Part shown: in pieces, positions 38,268 through 49,670 of the stretch | How positions within the stretch are numbered: the first letter of the stretch is position 1 | Layout of the letters: the number at the start of each line of letters is the position of its first letter | DNA from: Gemmatimonadales bacterium | Lineage (GTDB): Bacteria > Gemmatimonadota > Gemmatimonadetes > Gemmatimonadales > Gemmatimonadaceae | DNA length: 64,000 bases | NCBI GenBank assembly: GCA_038213465.1 | Contig: JBBQTA010000007.1 | Location: 75,488-139,487 of the forward strand | Direction of reading: 5' to 3' | Notes under the pieces: model-generated | Databases searched by the model: none | The model's input: only the letters and a program-made list of their open reading frames with translations | Told to the model about the DNA's origin: nothing | Made by a program: the position numbers and the translations under genes

Positions 38268-38709
38268 GCGTGATGGCAGTGCCGCGCGTGCGCCTCGCGC
38301 CGAAGATCGTGAGGCGCAGCAGATCGCGTCACAGAAGTCGGCCCGCGTATCCGGAATCACTCTGCAGGCTGTAGACGGAGACACGTCCATGCCCATGGCG
38401 CTCGACCGTCTCATTCACGAGCGCGTGCGGTTGGCCATCGTCAGTTTGCTGGCCGTGCACGAGTCGCTCAGCTTCAATGAGCTCAAGGCGATGCTTGACA
38501 CGTCCGATGGCAACGTCTCGGTGCACGCGCGCAAGCTCGAGGACGCCGGCTACATCACCTGCACCAAAGGGTTCGACGGCCGCATTCCGCGCACCGAGTA
38601 CCGACTCGCCGCCGACGGTCGCACCGCGCTCGAACGGTATCTCTCGCATATGGAAGCGCTGATCAAGCGCGTGGGGGGGCGTGACGGGCGTGGAGTCTCA
38701 GTGCGCTGA
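38257..38709 (+). CDS. Winged-helix transcriptional regulator (MarR/ArsR-like)
   Basis: GGAGG before ATG 38257; LDRLIHERVRLAIVSLL...LSFNELK...SDGNVSVHARKLEDAGYI...KGFDGRIPRTEY. Confidence 0.88.
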   Translation: MVGKRDGSAARAPRAEDREAQQIASQKSARVSGITLQAVDGDTSMPMALDRLIHERVRLAIVSLLAVHESLSFNELKAMLDTSDGNVSVHARKLEDAGYITCTKGFDGRIPRTEYRLAADGRTALERYLSHMEALIKRVGGRDGRGVSVR

Positions 38710-38762
38710 AACTCCACCCTGTGTCACGGCAAGCCGACGGCGTCCGGCGACCGCCGCCGCAT

Positions 38763-40979
<2,217 letters not shown>

Positions 40980-41563
40980 CTATATCTCCGATTCGTGACT
41001 GCGATGTGTGTACCGCGCCCTCGATATACGCAATAAATCTACCGCCGAACGAGCAGATGTCATGCGTCACCGGGCAGGTAGGTCGCGGGGCGAAAGCGTT
41101 TGCCGTGAGCGCATTCCGTGAGCCCATTCCGGGCGACCGATGCGAACGAATCGAACGTGGCGATCCAACTGTTTCCCTGTTTTGGCGCGAACGCGCGTCC
41201 GCTCTGCACCATCGCGTTCAGCACGCGCGCGTGCGTTGGCCTCAGTCCGCCGTTGCGTCGCGGCCGGCGTCCGGATCTGCGTTCGTGTCTGCGCCGCGCG
41301 CGACGCCGGTCCGCTGGCGTGCAGCACCGCGACCGTCGTTCCCGCCAGCAGCCATCCCCGCATCGTGCGAATCCATCGTGCGTGGTACCCTGAACGTGCG
41401 GGCTCCGACGACTAGCCGGTGCGATGGGTGCGGGCGTACACTCCCATGCGCCGCGGCCGTCCCCGACGTCCACCGCTCGACGCGCGCCGGGACGGTGCGC
41501 CCGAGCGGCGGCGTATGCCTGCCCAGCGACGGATCCGCCCCGACTTACGCCTGAGGAGTCCCA

Positions 41564-43276
41564 ATGCCCCGCTTCACCGTCATCACATCCGGTGGCACCA
41601 AGGCCGCCATGACTGCCGCCATGATTGCCGCCATGATTGCCGCACTGGGCGCCGATTCCACGTCGCTCCATGCCCAGCGGCCGGGCACCATGGCCGGCCG
41701 GTCGACGGTGTACGCGCCCAACGGTATGGTGGCGACGAGTCAACCACTCGCGTCGGCGGCTGGTCTGGATGTGCTGCGCCGCGGCGGCAACGCCATCGAT
41801 GCGGCCGTGGCGGCGGCGGCTGTGCTCAGCGTGACCGAACCGCACATGACGGGCATCGGTGGCGACATGTTTGCGATCGTGTGGCTGGCCAGGGAGCAGA
41901 AGCTGGTCGCGCTGAACGCGGGCGGTCGCGCAGGATCGCGCATGACGCGCGCAACGCTGCAGGCACGCGGATTCCGCGCCGGCTCGCAGCAGGGAGTGAT
42001 GTCGGTGACCGTCCCCGGTGCGTTGGCCGGATGGGACATGCTGGTCCGCACGCATGGCACGCGCACCTTGGCGCAGCTGCTGCAGCCGGCCATCGGCTAT
42101 GCGCGCGACGGATTTCCAGTGTCGCCGATCATTGCCGCACAATGGGCCGACGAAACGGCATTTCTCAAGCGCGACTCCGCCGCTGCCGCCACGTACCTCC
42201 CCAGCGGCCGCGCTCCGAAGGCCGGCGAGTGGTTTCGCAATCCCGACTACGCACGCACGCTCACGTCGATCGCCGATAGCGGCATCAGGACGTTCTATGG
42301 CGGCTCGCTCGGCAAGCGCATCGTGGCGCGCATTTCCGCACTCGATGGCTTCGTCACGCTGGATGATCTGAAAAGGAACGCGCCGAACTGGATCACGCCG
42401 ATCTCGGTGCCGTTTGCCGGCTACCGCGTCTGGGAGTTGCCGCCAAACAATCAGGGAATCGCGGCGCTCGAAATGCTGCGTATTCTCGAGACGTACGACC
42501 TGAAAGCGATGGGGCACAACTCGCCTGCGTATCTGCATCACCTCATCGAGGCGAAGAAGCTCGCGTACGCCGACCTCGATCGGTTCGTCGGCGATGCGGA
42601 GCATCTCGACATGCCCGCGTCCGAGATGCTCACCGACGAGTTCATCGCGGAGCGGCGGAGTCACCTGAATCCGACAACGGCGCAGGAGCGTGTCGACCCG
42701 GGTCCGCTTCGCACGAAGAGCGAAACGATTTATCTCTCCGTTGCCGACGCCCAGGGGAACATGGTGTCGTTCATCAACTCGATCTACGACTACTTCGGCT
42801 CCGGGATCGTGGTACCGGGCACCGGCTTCGCGCTGCATAACCGCGGCGCCGGATTCACGCTCGCGCCCGGATTGCCGAACACCGTCGCGCCCGGGAAGCG
42901 ACCGTTCCACACGCTCATTCCGGGCTTCGTGACGCAAACCGTGAACGGACGCGACCAGGCGTACATGAGTTTCGGATTGATGGGCGGCGGGGTGCAGGCG
43001 CAGGGGCACGTGCAGTTCCTGCTCAATCATTTCGTGTTTGGGATGGATGTGCAGGCCGCCATCGACGCGCCGCGCTTTCGCCACTACGATCGGCAGCGTG
43101 TCGCACTTGAACCGCCCATCGCCGACGGTGTGCGCACCGCACTCGCTGCGATGGGCCACGTACTGATCGATCAGCCGCCGATCGCCTTTGGCGGCGCGCA
43201 GGCCATCATTCGGCTGCCAAAGGGCTTCGCCGCCGGCAGCGACCCACGCAAGGACGGATTGGCCATCGGCTACTGA
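41564..43276 (+). CDS. ggt: Gamma-glutamyltransferase family Ntn-hydrolase (YwrD-like)
   Basis: GAGGAG RBS; MVATSQPLASAAG...GGNAIDAA; TGIGGDMFA; SETIYLSVAD (autocleavage Thr); PGKRPFHTLIP; GSDPRKDG. Confidence 0.9.
   Translation: MPRFTVITSGGTKAAMTAAMIAAMIAALGADSTSLHAQRPGTMAGRSTVYAPNGMVATSQPLASAAGLDVLRRGGNAIDAAVAAAAVLSVTEPHMTGIGGDMFAIVWLAREQKLVALNAGGRAGSRMTRATLQARGFRAGSQQGVMSVTVPGALAGWDMLVRTHGTRTLAQLLQPAIGYARDGFPVSPIIAAQWADETAFLKRDSAAAATYLPSGRAPKAGEWFRNPDYARTLTSIADSGIRTFYGGSLGKRIVARISALDGFVTLDDLKRNAPNWITPISVPFAGYRVWELPPNNQGIAALEMLRILETYDLKAMGHNSPAYLHHLIEAKKLAYADLDRFVGDAEHLDMPASEMLTDEFIAERRSHLNPTTAQERVDPGPLRTKSETIYLSVADAQGNMVSFINSIYDYFGSGIVVPGTGFALHNRGAGFTLAPGLPNTVAPGKRPFHTLIPGFVTQTVNGRDQAYMSFGLMGGGVQAQGHVQFLLNHFVFGMDVQAAIDAPRFRHYDRQRVALEPPIADGVRTALAAMGHVLIDQPPIAFGGAQAIIRLPKGFAAGSDPRKDGLAIGY
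41603..41643 (+). repeat. 12-bp tandem repeat within the ggt signal peptide
   Basis: GCCGCCATGACT, GCCGCCATGATT, GCCGCCATGATT, then partial GCCGC; encodes AAMT-AAMI-AAMI-AA. Confidence 0.8.
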
Positions 43277-43375
43277 CCGTTGGCTCGACACCCAGCGTTA
43301 TCGGCGTGACCGGCGTCACCAGCTTGTGCACCCGTTCGCTTGCCGCATCGTTTGATTATCCGTATTGCCTATGCC

Positions 43376-46348
43376 ATGGCTAATGACGTGTGGGCTACTC
43401 TCGTACGTGGATGCGTTGCGTTTTCGCACACGCAGGCGGGCGGTCTGGTGCGTACGTCCTTCAAGGACACGGGATCGCTCGTCAGCTCCCTCGTTCCCGG
43501 ATCGTCCGGCATCTACAAGGATCGTCTTACGCAACTGAAGAAGGATGTGAGCGCCGCCGGTGACGCGTTCAAGCCGATCATCAAGGCGGTCGACGCGGAG
43601 TCGAAGAAGGCATCGGACGCGGTCGCGAACATGGCGAAGGAACTGGGCACCGACCCGTTCACGTGGGAGGCCGCCGCGCGCGCCGCAACGGAACTCGGCT
43701 ACGTGCTGATCGCCCTCGATGCCGCGCTTGAGATCATCGCGAAGAAGGCCGCGGAGCCGGAGGCCAACCCGGCCACCCGCCAGCAGATCGAGGACCAGAT
43801 CCGGAACATCCGCGAGCCGTGGGTGGCGCCGTTTCGCGCCATGGGCGTCGGTACCACGTCCGGCTTCGACGCGCTGTGCAAGACCGTGCTGCATCTCGAC
43901 AACGCCGGTGAAAGGTTCGCGACGCAGCTCACCTGGTCCCGCGCGCAGAAGCGGCTCGCGCTCACCCTGGGTGCCCTTGGCCCCATCGGCCTTGGCACGC
44001 CGGGACCGCGGGGCGCGACCCCGATCAGTCTCGATGGCGTCGAAGTGGAGGCGTTCTTCAGCTATCTCAACACCGCGAAGCTCGGCCTCGCGATTCGCAC
44101 GCGCATGCGCGCCGGGCTGCGCGGCGACAAGATGCTGGAGACGATCATTCCGCAGCAGGCACCCGCGGCGAACTCCAGTTCCGTCGCGATCGCCCTCGAT
44201 ACGAAGGATGGATTGACGTTCGGCGACGGACCCAATCGCACCATCGTACTGCCCGTCCGCTTCAATTTCCCGGGCATCGAGTTGCGCGAGATGAGCATGG
44301 CGCGCCCGGTCGGCAAAGAAGAAAACAGCGGCCGGATCGATTTGATGGTCACGATTGCCGGCAAGCTGGGCGAGGTCTTCGGCGTGGTGGCCGAGGGTGG
44401 CGGCGTCACGATTCGCTGGAAAGGCGATGCGAATGCCGCCGTGGAGGTGTTGCCCAAGCCGCCCACCGGCACCGGTCTGCGCCTCAAGACCGGGCTCGTC
44501 ACGGGCGGCGGCTATCTGCGTTACAAAGAGGCCGCCGGTGAATACGGTGGTGTGCTCGATCTGCAGTTCACGAAAATCGGTGTCACCGCGGCCGGACTGA
44601 TCACGTTCGATCCGTTTTCGCTCGTCCTGATCATGGGCGTGCACTTCTTTCCGAAGATCGAGTTGAGTTACGGCTTCACGCTCAACGGCTTGGGTGGCAT
44701 CATCGCGCTCAATCGCGGTCTGTCGACGGTTGAACTGGCGAAGGGGCTGCAGGAGGGCGCGCTCGATCAATTGCTCTTCCCGAGCGACCCTGTCGCGGCG
44801 GCGCCGAAGATGCTTGATCGCATCGGAAGGATCTTTCCGCCGCGCGACGGTGCGGTCGTGGTCGGGCCGATTGCCGAGTTGGGGTGGGGGTCGCAGTCGG
44901 GCTTCGTGAAAGCCAAGATCGGCGTGGTGCTCGCGCTGCCCGACCCGATGCTCGTGGTGCTGGGTGTAATGAGCGTGATAGTGCCGTCGCCCGAGGTGCC
45001 GGTGTTTTTGCGCACGGTCGACTTGCATGCCGAGTTGATGGTCGTGATCACGCCGGACTATGTGCTCGCGCGTGTCTCGCTCGTGAAGTCGAAGCTCGCC
45101 AACCTGACCGTGTCCGGTGATCTCGGCTTGTTCGTGCGCTGGAATGCCGGTGCCGAGTTCGCGATTTCCGTTGGCGGATTCTTCCCAGGGTACCTGCCGC
45201 CGTCGGAATTGACTGGACTGCGCCGGATTACCATCGAAGTGTCACCGCCCGTTCCGTGGATCACGATCCGCGCGGAAGCGTACGTTGCGATCACGGCGAA
45301 CACCGTGCAGTTTGGCGGACGCGTGTCACTGATCGCCGATCTGGGGATCGTCGGCGGCAAGGCGTGGATTGGCGTGGATGCCATGTTCTTCTGGACACCG
45401 CACCTCCACTTCATCTTCGAGATCAACGCCGGGATCGAACTTACCGCGCTCGGCGAAACGATCGCGGGCGTGCGCTTTCAGGGGCGGCTGTCGGGGATGA
45501 CGCCGTGGCGGCTTGAGGGACGGGCGAGCGTCAAGATTCTGCTGTGGGACGTGCCCTTCGATCTCGGCCCGATCGAGTGGGGGGAGAAGTATGTCGCACC
45601 CGTTGCCGCGGTATCGCCGGTGCAGTTGGCCGCCGCTGCGCTGCGCGCAGATACCGCATGGAAGCCAATCCTGCCGTCGGGAACGGACGCGCTGGCACGC
45701 TTCCGCGAGGATGACCTCGCGCCGTCGCTTCTGCATCCGTTGGGTGCGCTCGAAGTGAAGCAGCTGCGCGTGCCCTTCGAGACGGACATCGACCGCATTG
45801 GTTCCAGTCCCGTCACGTCGCGCCGCGTGCATCTGGCCGATCCGCAGGTGGGCACCATCGCGGCGCAGACCGTGTCGCACGCCGCCGACCACTTCGCGCC
45901 TGGGCACTTCAAGGATCTGACGCAGGATCAACAGACGTCGCGGCGGAGCTTCGAGGAATTTCCCTGCGGCATACGAGTCGCCGCGACCAGCGGCGCACTC
46001 TACGGCGCGCCGACATCCGTGACGTACGGGTGGGAGACCGCGTACCCCCACGAATCGTTCGGTCGTGCGCGTACCGCCTTCGCGCAGCTGGACATGGTGG
46101 CGGCCGCGGCGCTGCGGTCCAACGCGGTGTCCGCCAGCGCGAGGCAAACAGCCAATCCGTACATGCCCACGCAACCGGATCCCGTGCCGCTCACCATTGC
46201 CGATGCCGGACGCGTGCGGATCGTGCGACGCGTCGATCTGAGTGTCGTGGCCGACGTGACGACATCGATGACCACCGCCGACGCGTTCGACCGGCTCGAC
46301 GCTCTGGCGCCGTTGTATGGGGACACCCTCCAACTCGTGACCGCCTGA
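43376..46348 (+). CDS. Large uncharacterised protein, DUF6603-like (operon gene 1, 990 aa)
   Basis: Strand- and Gly-rich core (GGGYL...EYGGVL.L; ELSYGFTLNGLGGIIALNR; VGPIAELGWG; LAISVGGF.P.Y; AYVAITANTVQFGG; DAMFFW.P...F) matches my recollection of DUF6603 proteins. Start moved from TTG 43340 to ATG 43376. No signal peptide. Confidence 0.8.
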   Translation: MANDVWATLVRGCVAFSHTQAGGLVRTSFKDTGSLVSSLVPGSSGIYKDRLTQLKKDVSAAGDAFKPIIKAVDAESKKASDAVANMAKELGTDPFTWEAAARAATELGYVLIALDAALEIIAKKAAEPEANPATRQQIEDQIRNIREPWVAPFRAMGVGTTSGFDALCKTVLHLDNAGERFATQLTWSRAQKRLALTLGALGPIGLGTPGPRGATPISLDGVEVEAFFSYLNTAKLGLAIRTRMRAGLRGDKMLETIIPQQAPAANSSSVAIALDTKDGLTFGDGPNRTIVLPVRFNFPGIELREMSMARPVGKEENSGRIDLMVTIAGKLGEVFGVVAEGGGVTIRWKGDANAAVEVLPKPPTGTGLRLKTGLVTGGGYLRYKEAAGEYGGVLDLQFTKIGVTAAGLITFDPFSLVLIMGVHFFPKIELSYGFTLNGLGGIIALNRGLSTVELAKGLQEGALDQLLFPSDPVAAAPKMLDRIGRIFPPRDGAVVVGPIAELGWGSQSGFVKAKIGVVLALPDPMLVVLGVMSVIVPSPEVPVFLRTVDLHAELMVVITPDYVLARVSLVKSKLANLTVSGDLGLFVRWNAGAEFAISVGGFFPGYLPPSELTGLRRITIEVSPPVPWITIRAEAYVAITANTVQFGGRVSLIADLGIVGGKAWIGVDAMFFWTPHLHFIFEINAGIELTALGETIAGVRFQGRLSGMTPWRLEGRASVKILLWDVPFDLGPIEWGEKYVAPVAAVSPVQLAAAALRADTAWKPILPSGTDALARFREDDLAPSLLHPLGALEVKQLRVPFETDIDRIGSSPVTSRRVHLADPQVGTIAAQTVSHAADHFAPGHFKDLTQDQQTSRRSFEEFPCGIRVAATSGALYGAPTSVTYGWETAYPHESFGRARTAFAQLDMVAAAALRSNAVSASARQTANPYMPTQPDPVPLTIADAGRVRIVRRVDLSVVADVTTSMTTADAFDRLDALAPLYGDTLQLVTA

Positions 46349-46351
46349 CTC

Positions 46352-49300
46352 ATGCCCGGTTCACTCAGCGCAGCGCGCGGCTACGTCACGAACGCGTTCG
46401 CGACCGCTCTCGCCACACCCTTCGTGCCCGAGAACACGGTCTTCGGCGAGTACACGTTCGTCCCGTGGGCGCGCACAGGACTGGCCGCCGCGCAGGCATC
46501 GCCAGGCGCGGATCCGTTGCGCGCGACGGTGCGCGTCTCACTGACGGTCCGGGACGACGCGGCGACGTCGGAACAGGTGGAGCGGACACTGATATTGCGC
46601 GGGCCAGGCGATGTGATCGGACTCGATCCCGCGCAGATCATCCGTCGGTATCCCGTGCACGGCACCAAGGACGCCGAAGAGAGTGTGCTGGCGCACATCG
46701 AGTTCGACCGACCGGAACTGCCGTGGCTCTTCTCGCCAGTTGCGTCGGAGGGCAATCGCATCGCGCCGTGGCTGGTGTTGGTGGTGTGCGACGCGAGCCG
46801 CGCCACCGAGCAAGCCGGCCCGCCCGGACTCCCGCGACAACTCGTCACGCACCTAGGCGAGTTGCAGGCGCTGGAGGATTCGTGGGCGTGGGCGCACGCG
46901 CAGATCATCGGCGCTGCTGCGGGCGTGCCAACCGTCGCCGATCGTCTGTCCGCCAGTTACGGTCCCGCCAATCTTTCCCGGTTGATGTGTCCGCGAAAAC
47001 TCGACAAAGGCACGCGATACATCGCTGCGCTCGTGCCGGCCTTCGACTGCGGCAGGCAAACCGGCCTCGGCGCGACGGGTGGCACCCTCGAACCCGCGTG
47101 GGTCAGGGCCGGCGATGGCAGCGATGCGGACACGCAGATCGTTCTGCCGGTCTTCGACAGCTGGCAGTTTGCCGTGGCCGACGGTGGCGATTTCGAGCTG
47201 CTCGCCGGGCGCTTGCAGGGCGTGGTGGCTCCCTGGAATGTGGGCCGTCGCCTGATCGATGTGCGTACACCACACGGGAACGTCACCGATCTCGCGCCTG
47301 GCGACGCGGGCACTACGCAAGTGCTGCGCTGCGCACTCGTGTCGCCAACAGCTGTCCCCGCCGACCAGCCACCGGATTCGAGCGCGTGGTCGGTGGAGAA
47401 GCGTGACGAACTCCGCGTGGAAGTCGACCGGTCCAACGCCGTCGATGAAGATCTGCCACGAGTCGGCGCGCGCCTGTATGCCCAGTTTCAACGTGGGGCC
47501 ACTGCCTTAGGCCCCGTGTTTGGATCGCCCGCGACAAGCGCTGACGCCGCGGATGCCGATTGGTTCACGCAGCTCAACACATCTCCCATGCACCGGGTGA
47601 TCGCCGGCCTCGGCACGCGCGTCGTGCAGCGGGATCAGGAACAGCTCCTGCAGTCGGCGTGGGCGCAGGTCGGCGAATTGCAGAAGACGAATGCTGCGCT
47701 GGTCCGCTTGCAGTTCGGCCGGTATGTCGGCGAATCGTTGCATCGGAATCATCTCACGAAGCTTGGCCTTGGTGAACTGACGCAAGTGTTACGCGGTGTA
47801 CACGCGCGCGTGTCAGCCAGCGGCACCGCCCTCACCATGCACGGGGTACTCGCGCGCAGCACGTCGTCGCCGATGGCGATGACCTCGGCCTTCCGCCGAT
47901 TCGTCAGAGTGCGCGGACCACTCGCGCGCTTCGCCACGGCCCGCGAGGTTGGCGCGCTCAGGAGCATCGTGGCGCAGGGCCAGCAGTATCGGGATTTTCG
48001 ACGCACGTATGTGGAACCGGACGGGGTGCGGACCCTGTCGGCCAGCGCCATCGCAGCACTGCCGGCGGCGCTGGTCGCGCGCAAGCTTGGCGTGTCCGAG
48101 GCAACGGCGCCTGCAGTACTCGCGCGCCGACTCGCCGATCGCACCACGTTGTCGGTCGCCGATCGGCTTGCCCAGCCGGTGGCCAGCTGGCGCGTCCCCG
48201 TTGGCAGTATGGATCTCGGGCAGCGTGCCGCGATCGCCATCGCCGCGCAGGTGGACGAAGCCATGCCGTCAAACTTTGCGCGTGACGCTGCGCGTGCCGA
48301 GGCCTTGGCACCTCTGCTCGTGGGCGTGGCCAACAGCACTGTGCCCGACGCCTCCGCACGTGCCAGGCTCGCCGTGAGTCGCATTGCCGGTCGCTTGCCG
48401 TTTTCGGGGATTCCGCCGAATGCGGGTATGCCGGTCAACATAGGCAACGCCGTGCGCGGCGCGGGCGTGGCGTTTGCCCGACCCAACGTGGTGTCTCGCG
48501 CGGGACTCAATCCCCAGCGTGCCGTGGCCGCCGTACTCCCCCGTGCGCGCTTCGAGACCGTGGCGTCGCGCCGCATCACGGAGACGCTGCTCGTCTCGAG
48601 AGCCGTCGCGTTCTCCGACCTGGCCACGTCTCTTTCGCAACTCATGATCGGGGTCGGAGTCTCCAAGTTGCCACGCACGCCGGATCGACCGGCGCTCACG
48701 TTCACGCGCACGGCGTTGCTCGCGACGGTGGCTCCCGCGGCCACGGCGACCCGCTATGCCGAGGCTCGGCTGGGTACGATGCCCACCTGGCTGCCAAACA
48801 CGTGGTTCGCCGATGGCCGCGTCGCACCCATCATGGCGGCACCGCGTTTCAATCACGCCATGTTCGACGCGCTGTACACGTACGATCGCGATTGGCTCGT
48901 TCCCGGTCTGGGTAGCATTCCGTTAACCGACTTTGTCACCGTCCTCGAAACCAACCCGGCGTTCACCGAGAGTTTTCTCGTGGGATTGTCGGATGAGATG
49001 GGACGCGAGCTCCTGTGGCGCGACTATCCCACCGATCAGCGAGGCACGTATTTCCGACGTTTCTGGAATCCGGACGCCGACGAACTGCCCATCGACATTC
49101 ACCGGTTTGCGCCGACGCCACTGGGATCCCATCTCACCGGCGGCGCACGCGGCAAAGTCGTGCTCGTGGTGCGTGGGGAAGTCGTGCGGCGCTACCCCGA
49201 CGCGATGCTGCTGGCCATGCGCGCCGACCGGTCGCCCGAGGCGGACGTACCCCCGCGATTCAGCGCGAACCCGAAAGACACAGCGCGCATTCTCTTTCAT

Positions 49301-49666
49301 CACCACCTCGCGCCCGACATCCTGCTCGTGGGATTCGATCTGTATCCAAGTCAGATCCAGTCGGAACCGTGGTGGTTCATTCTCGCGGAGAATCCGAGCG
49401 CGCCGCGGTTCGGCCTCGACCTGCCGCCGGTTGGCAATGGCGCAGCCGCACGCGGAGTGCAACGCAACAATCTCGACTGGAACGATCTGGGACCGTTGTC
49501 GCACAATCGCTTTCTCAATACAGCCGCGCGCACGCTGCAGATCGCCGACGGCGCGGGCGCTCCTGTGATCTGGCCCGATCACGCAGGAGTGGTCGCACGT
49601 ACGCTGCTGCAGAGCCCATTTCGTGCCGCGTTCCATGCGCGCAAACTCATTACGCCGCGGGTCTGA
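46352..49666 (+). CDS. Large uncharacterised protein (operon gene 2, 1104 aa)
   Basis: Long ORF starting 3 nt after gene 1. Motif-like blocks GPGDVIGLD, HIEFDRPELPWLFSP, SRLMCPRKL, WQF..GDFE, AGLGTRVV..DQE.L..SAW.Q, NPAFTESFLVGLSDEMGRELLWRDYPTDQRGTYFRRFW. Confidence 0.85.
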   Translation: MPGSLSAARGYVTNAFATALATPFVPENTVFGEYTFVPWARTGLAAAQASPGADPLRATVRVSLTVRDDAATSEQVERTLILRGPGDVIGLDPAQIIRRYPVHGTKDAEESVLAHIEFDRPELPWLFSPVASEGNRIAPWLVLVVCDASRATEQAGPPGLPRQLVTHLGELQALEDSWAWAHAQIIGAAAGVPTVADRLSASYGPANLSRLMCPRKLDKGTRYIAALVPAFDCGRQTGLGATGGTLEPAWVRAGDGSDADTQIVLPVFDSWQFAVADGGDFELLAGRLQGVVAPWNVGRRLIDVRTPHGNVTDLAPGDAGTTQVLRCALVSPTAVPADQPPDSSAWSVEKRDELRVEVDRSNAVDEDLPRVGARLYAQFQRGATALGPVFGSPATSADAADADWFTQLNTSPMHRVIAGLGTRVVQRDQEQLLQSAWAQVGELQKTNAALVRLQFGRYVGESLHRNHLTKLGLGELTQVLRGVHARVSASGTALTMHGVLARSTSSPMAMTSAFRRFVRVRGPLARFATAREVGALRSIVAQGQQYRDFRRTYVEPDGVRTLSASAIAALPAALVARKLGVSEATAPAVLARRLADRTTLSVADRLAQPVASWRVPVGSMDLGQRAAIAIAAQVDEAMPSNFARDAARAEALAPLLVGVANSTVPDASARARLAVSRIAGRLPFSGIPPNAGMPVNIGNAVRGAGVAFARPNVVSRAGLNPQRAVAAVLPRARFETVASRRITETLLVSRAVAFSDLATSLSQLMIGVGVSKLPRTPDRPALTFTRTALLATVAPAATATRYAEARLGTMPTWLPNTWFADGRVAPIMAAPRFNHAMFDALYTYDRDWLVPGLGSIPLTDFVTVLETNPAFTESFLVGLSDEMGRELLWRDYPTDQRGTYFRRFWNPDADELPIDIHRFAPTPLGSHLTGGARGKVVLVVRGEVVRRYPDAMLLAMRADRSPEADVPPRFSANPKDTARILFHHHLAPDILLVGFDLYPSQIQSEPWWFILAENPSAPRFGLDLPPVGNGAAARGVQRNNLDWNDLGPLSHNRFLNTAARTLQIADGAGAPVIWPDHAGVVARTLLQSPFRAAFHARKLITPRV

Positions 49667-49670
49667 CCAC

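Noticed and set aside
41067-41363. 98-aa ORF with a vaguely signal-like start between katG and ggt
   Set aside because: No RBS, no motif, low-complexity Arg/Ala content, and competing ORFs in other frames; not supportable.
41060-43291. 743-aa minus-strand ORF, and similar long antisense or alternate-frame ORFs (29472..31574, 43316..45028, 2977..4818, 14324..15793, 11835..13052, 26615..27961)
   Set aside because: They shadow well-supported genes on the opposite strand, have Arg/Ala/Gly-rich composition without motifs, and are expected in high-GC DNA.
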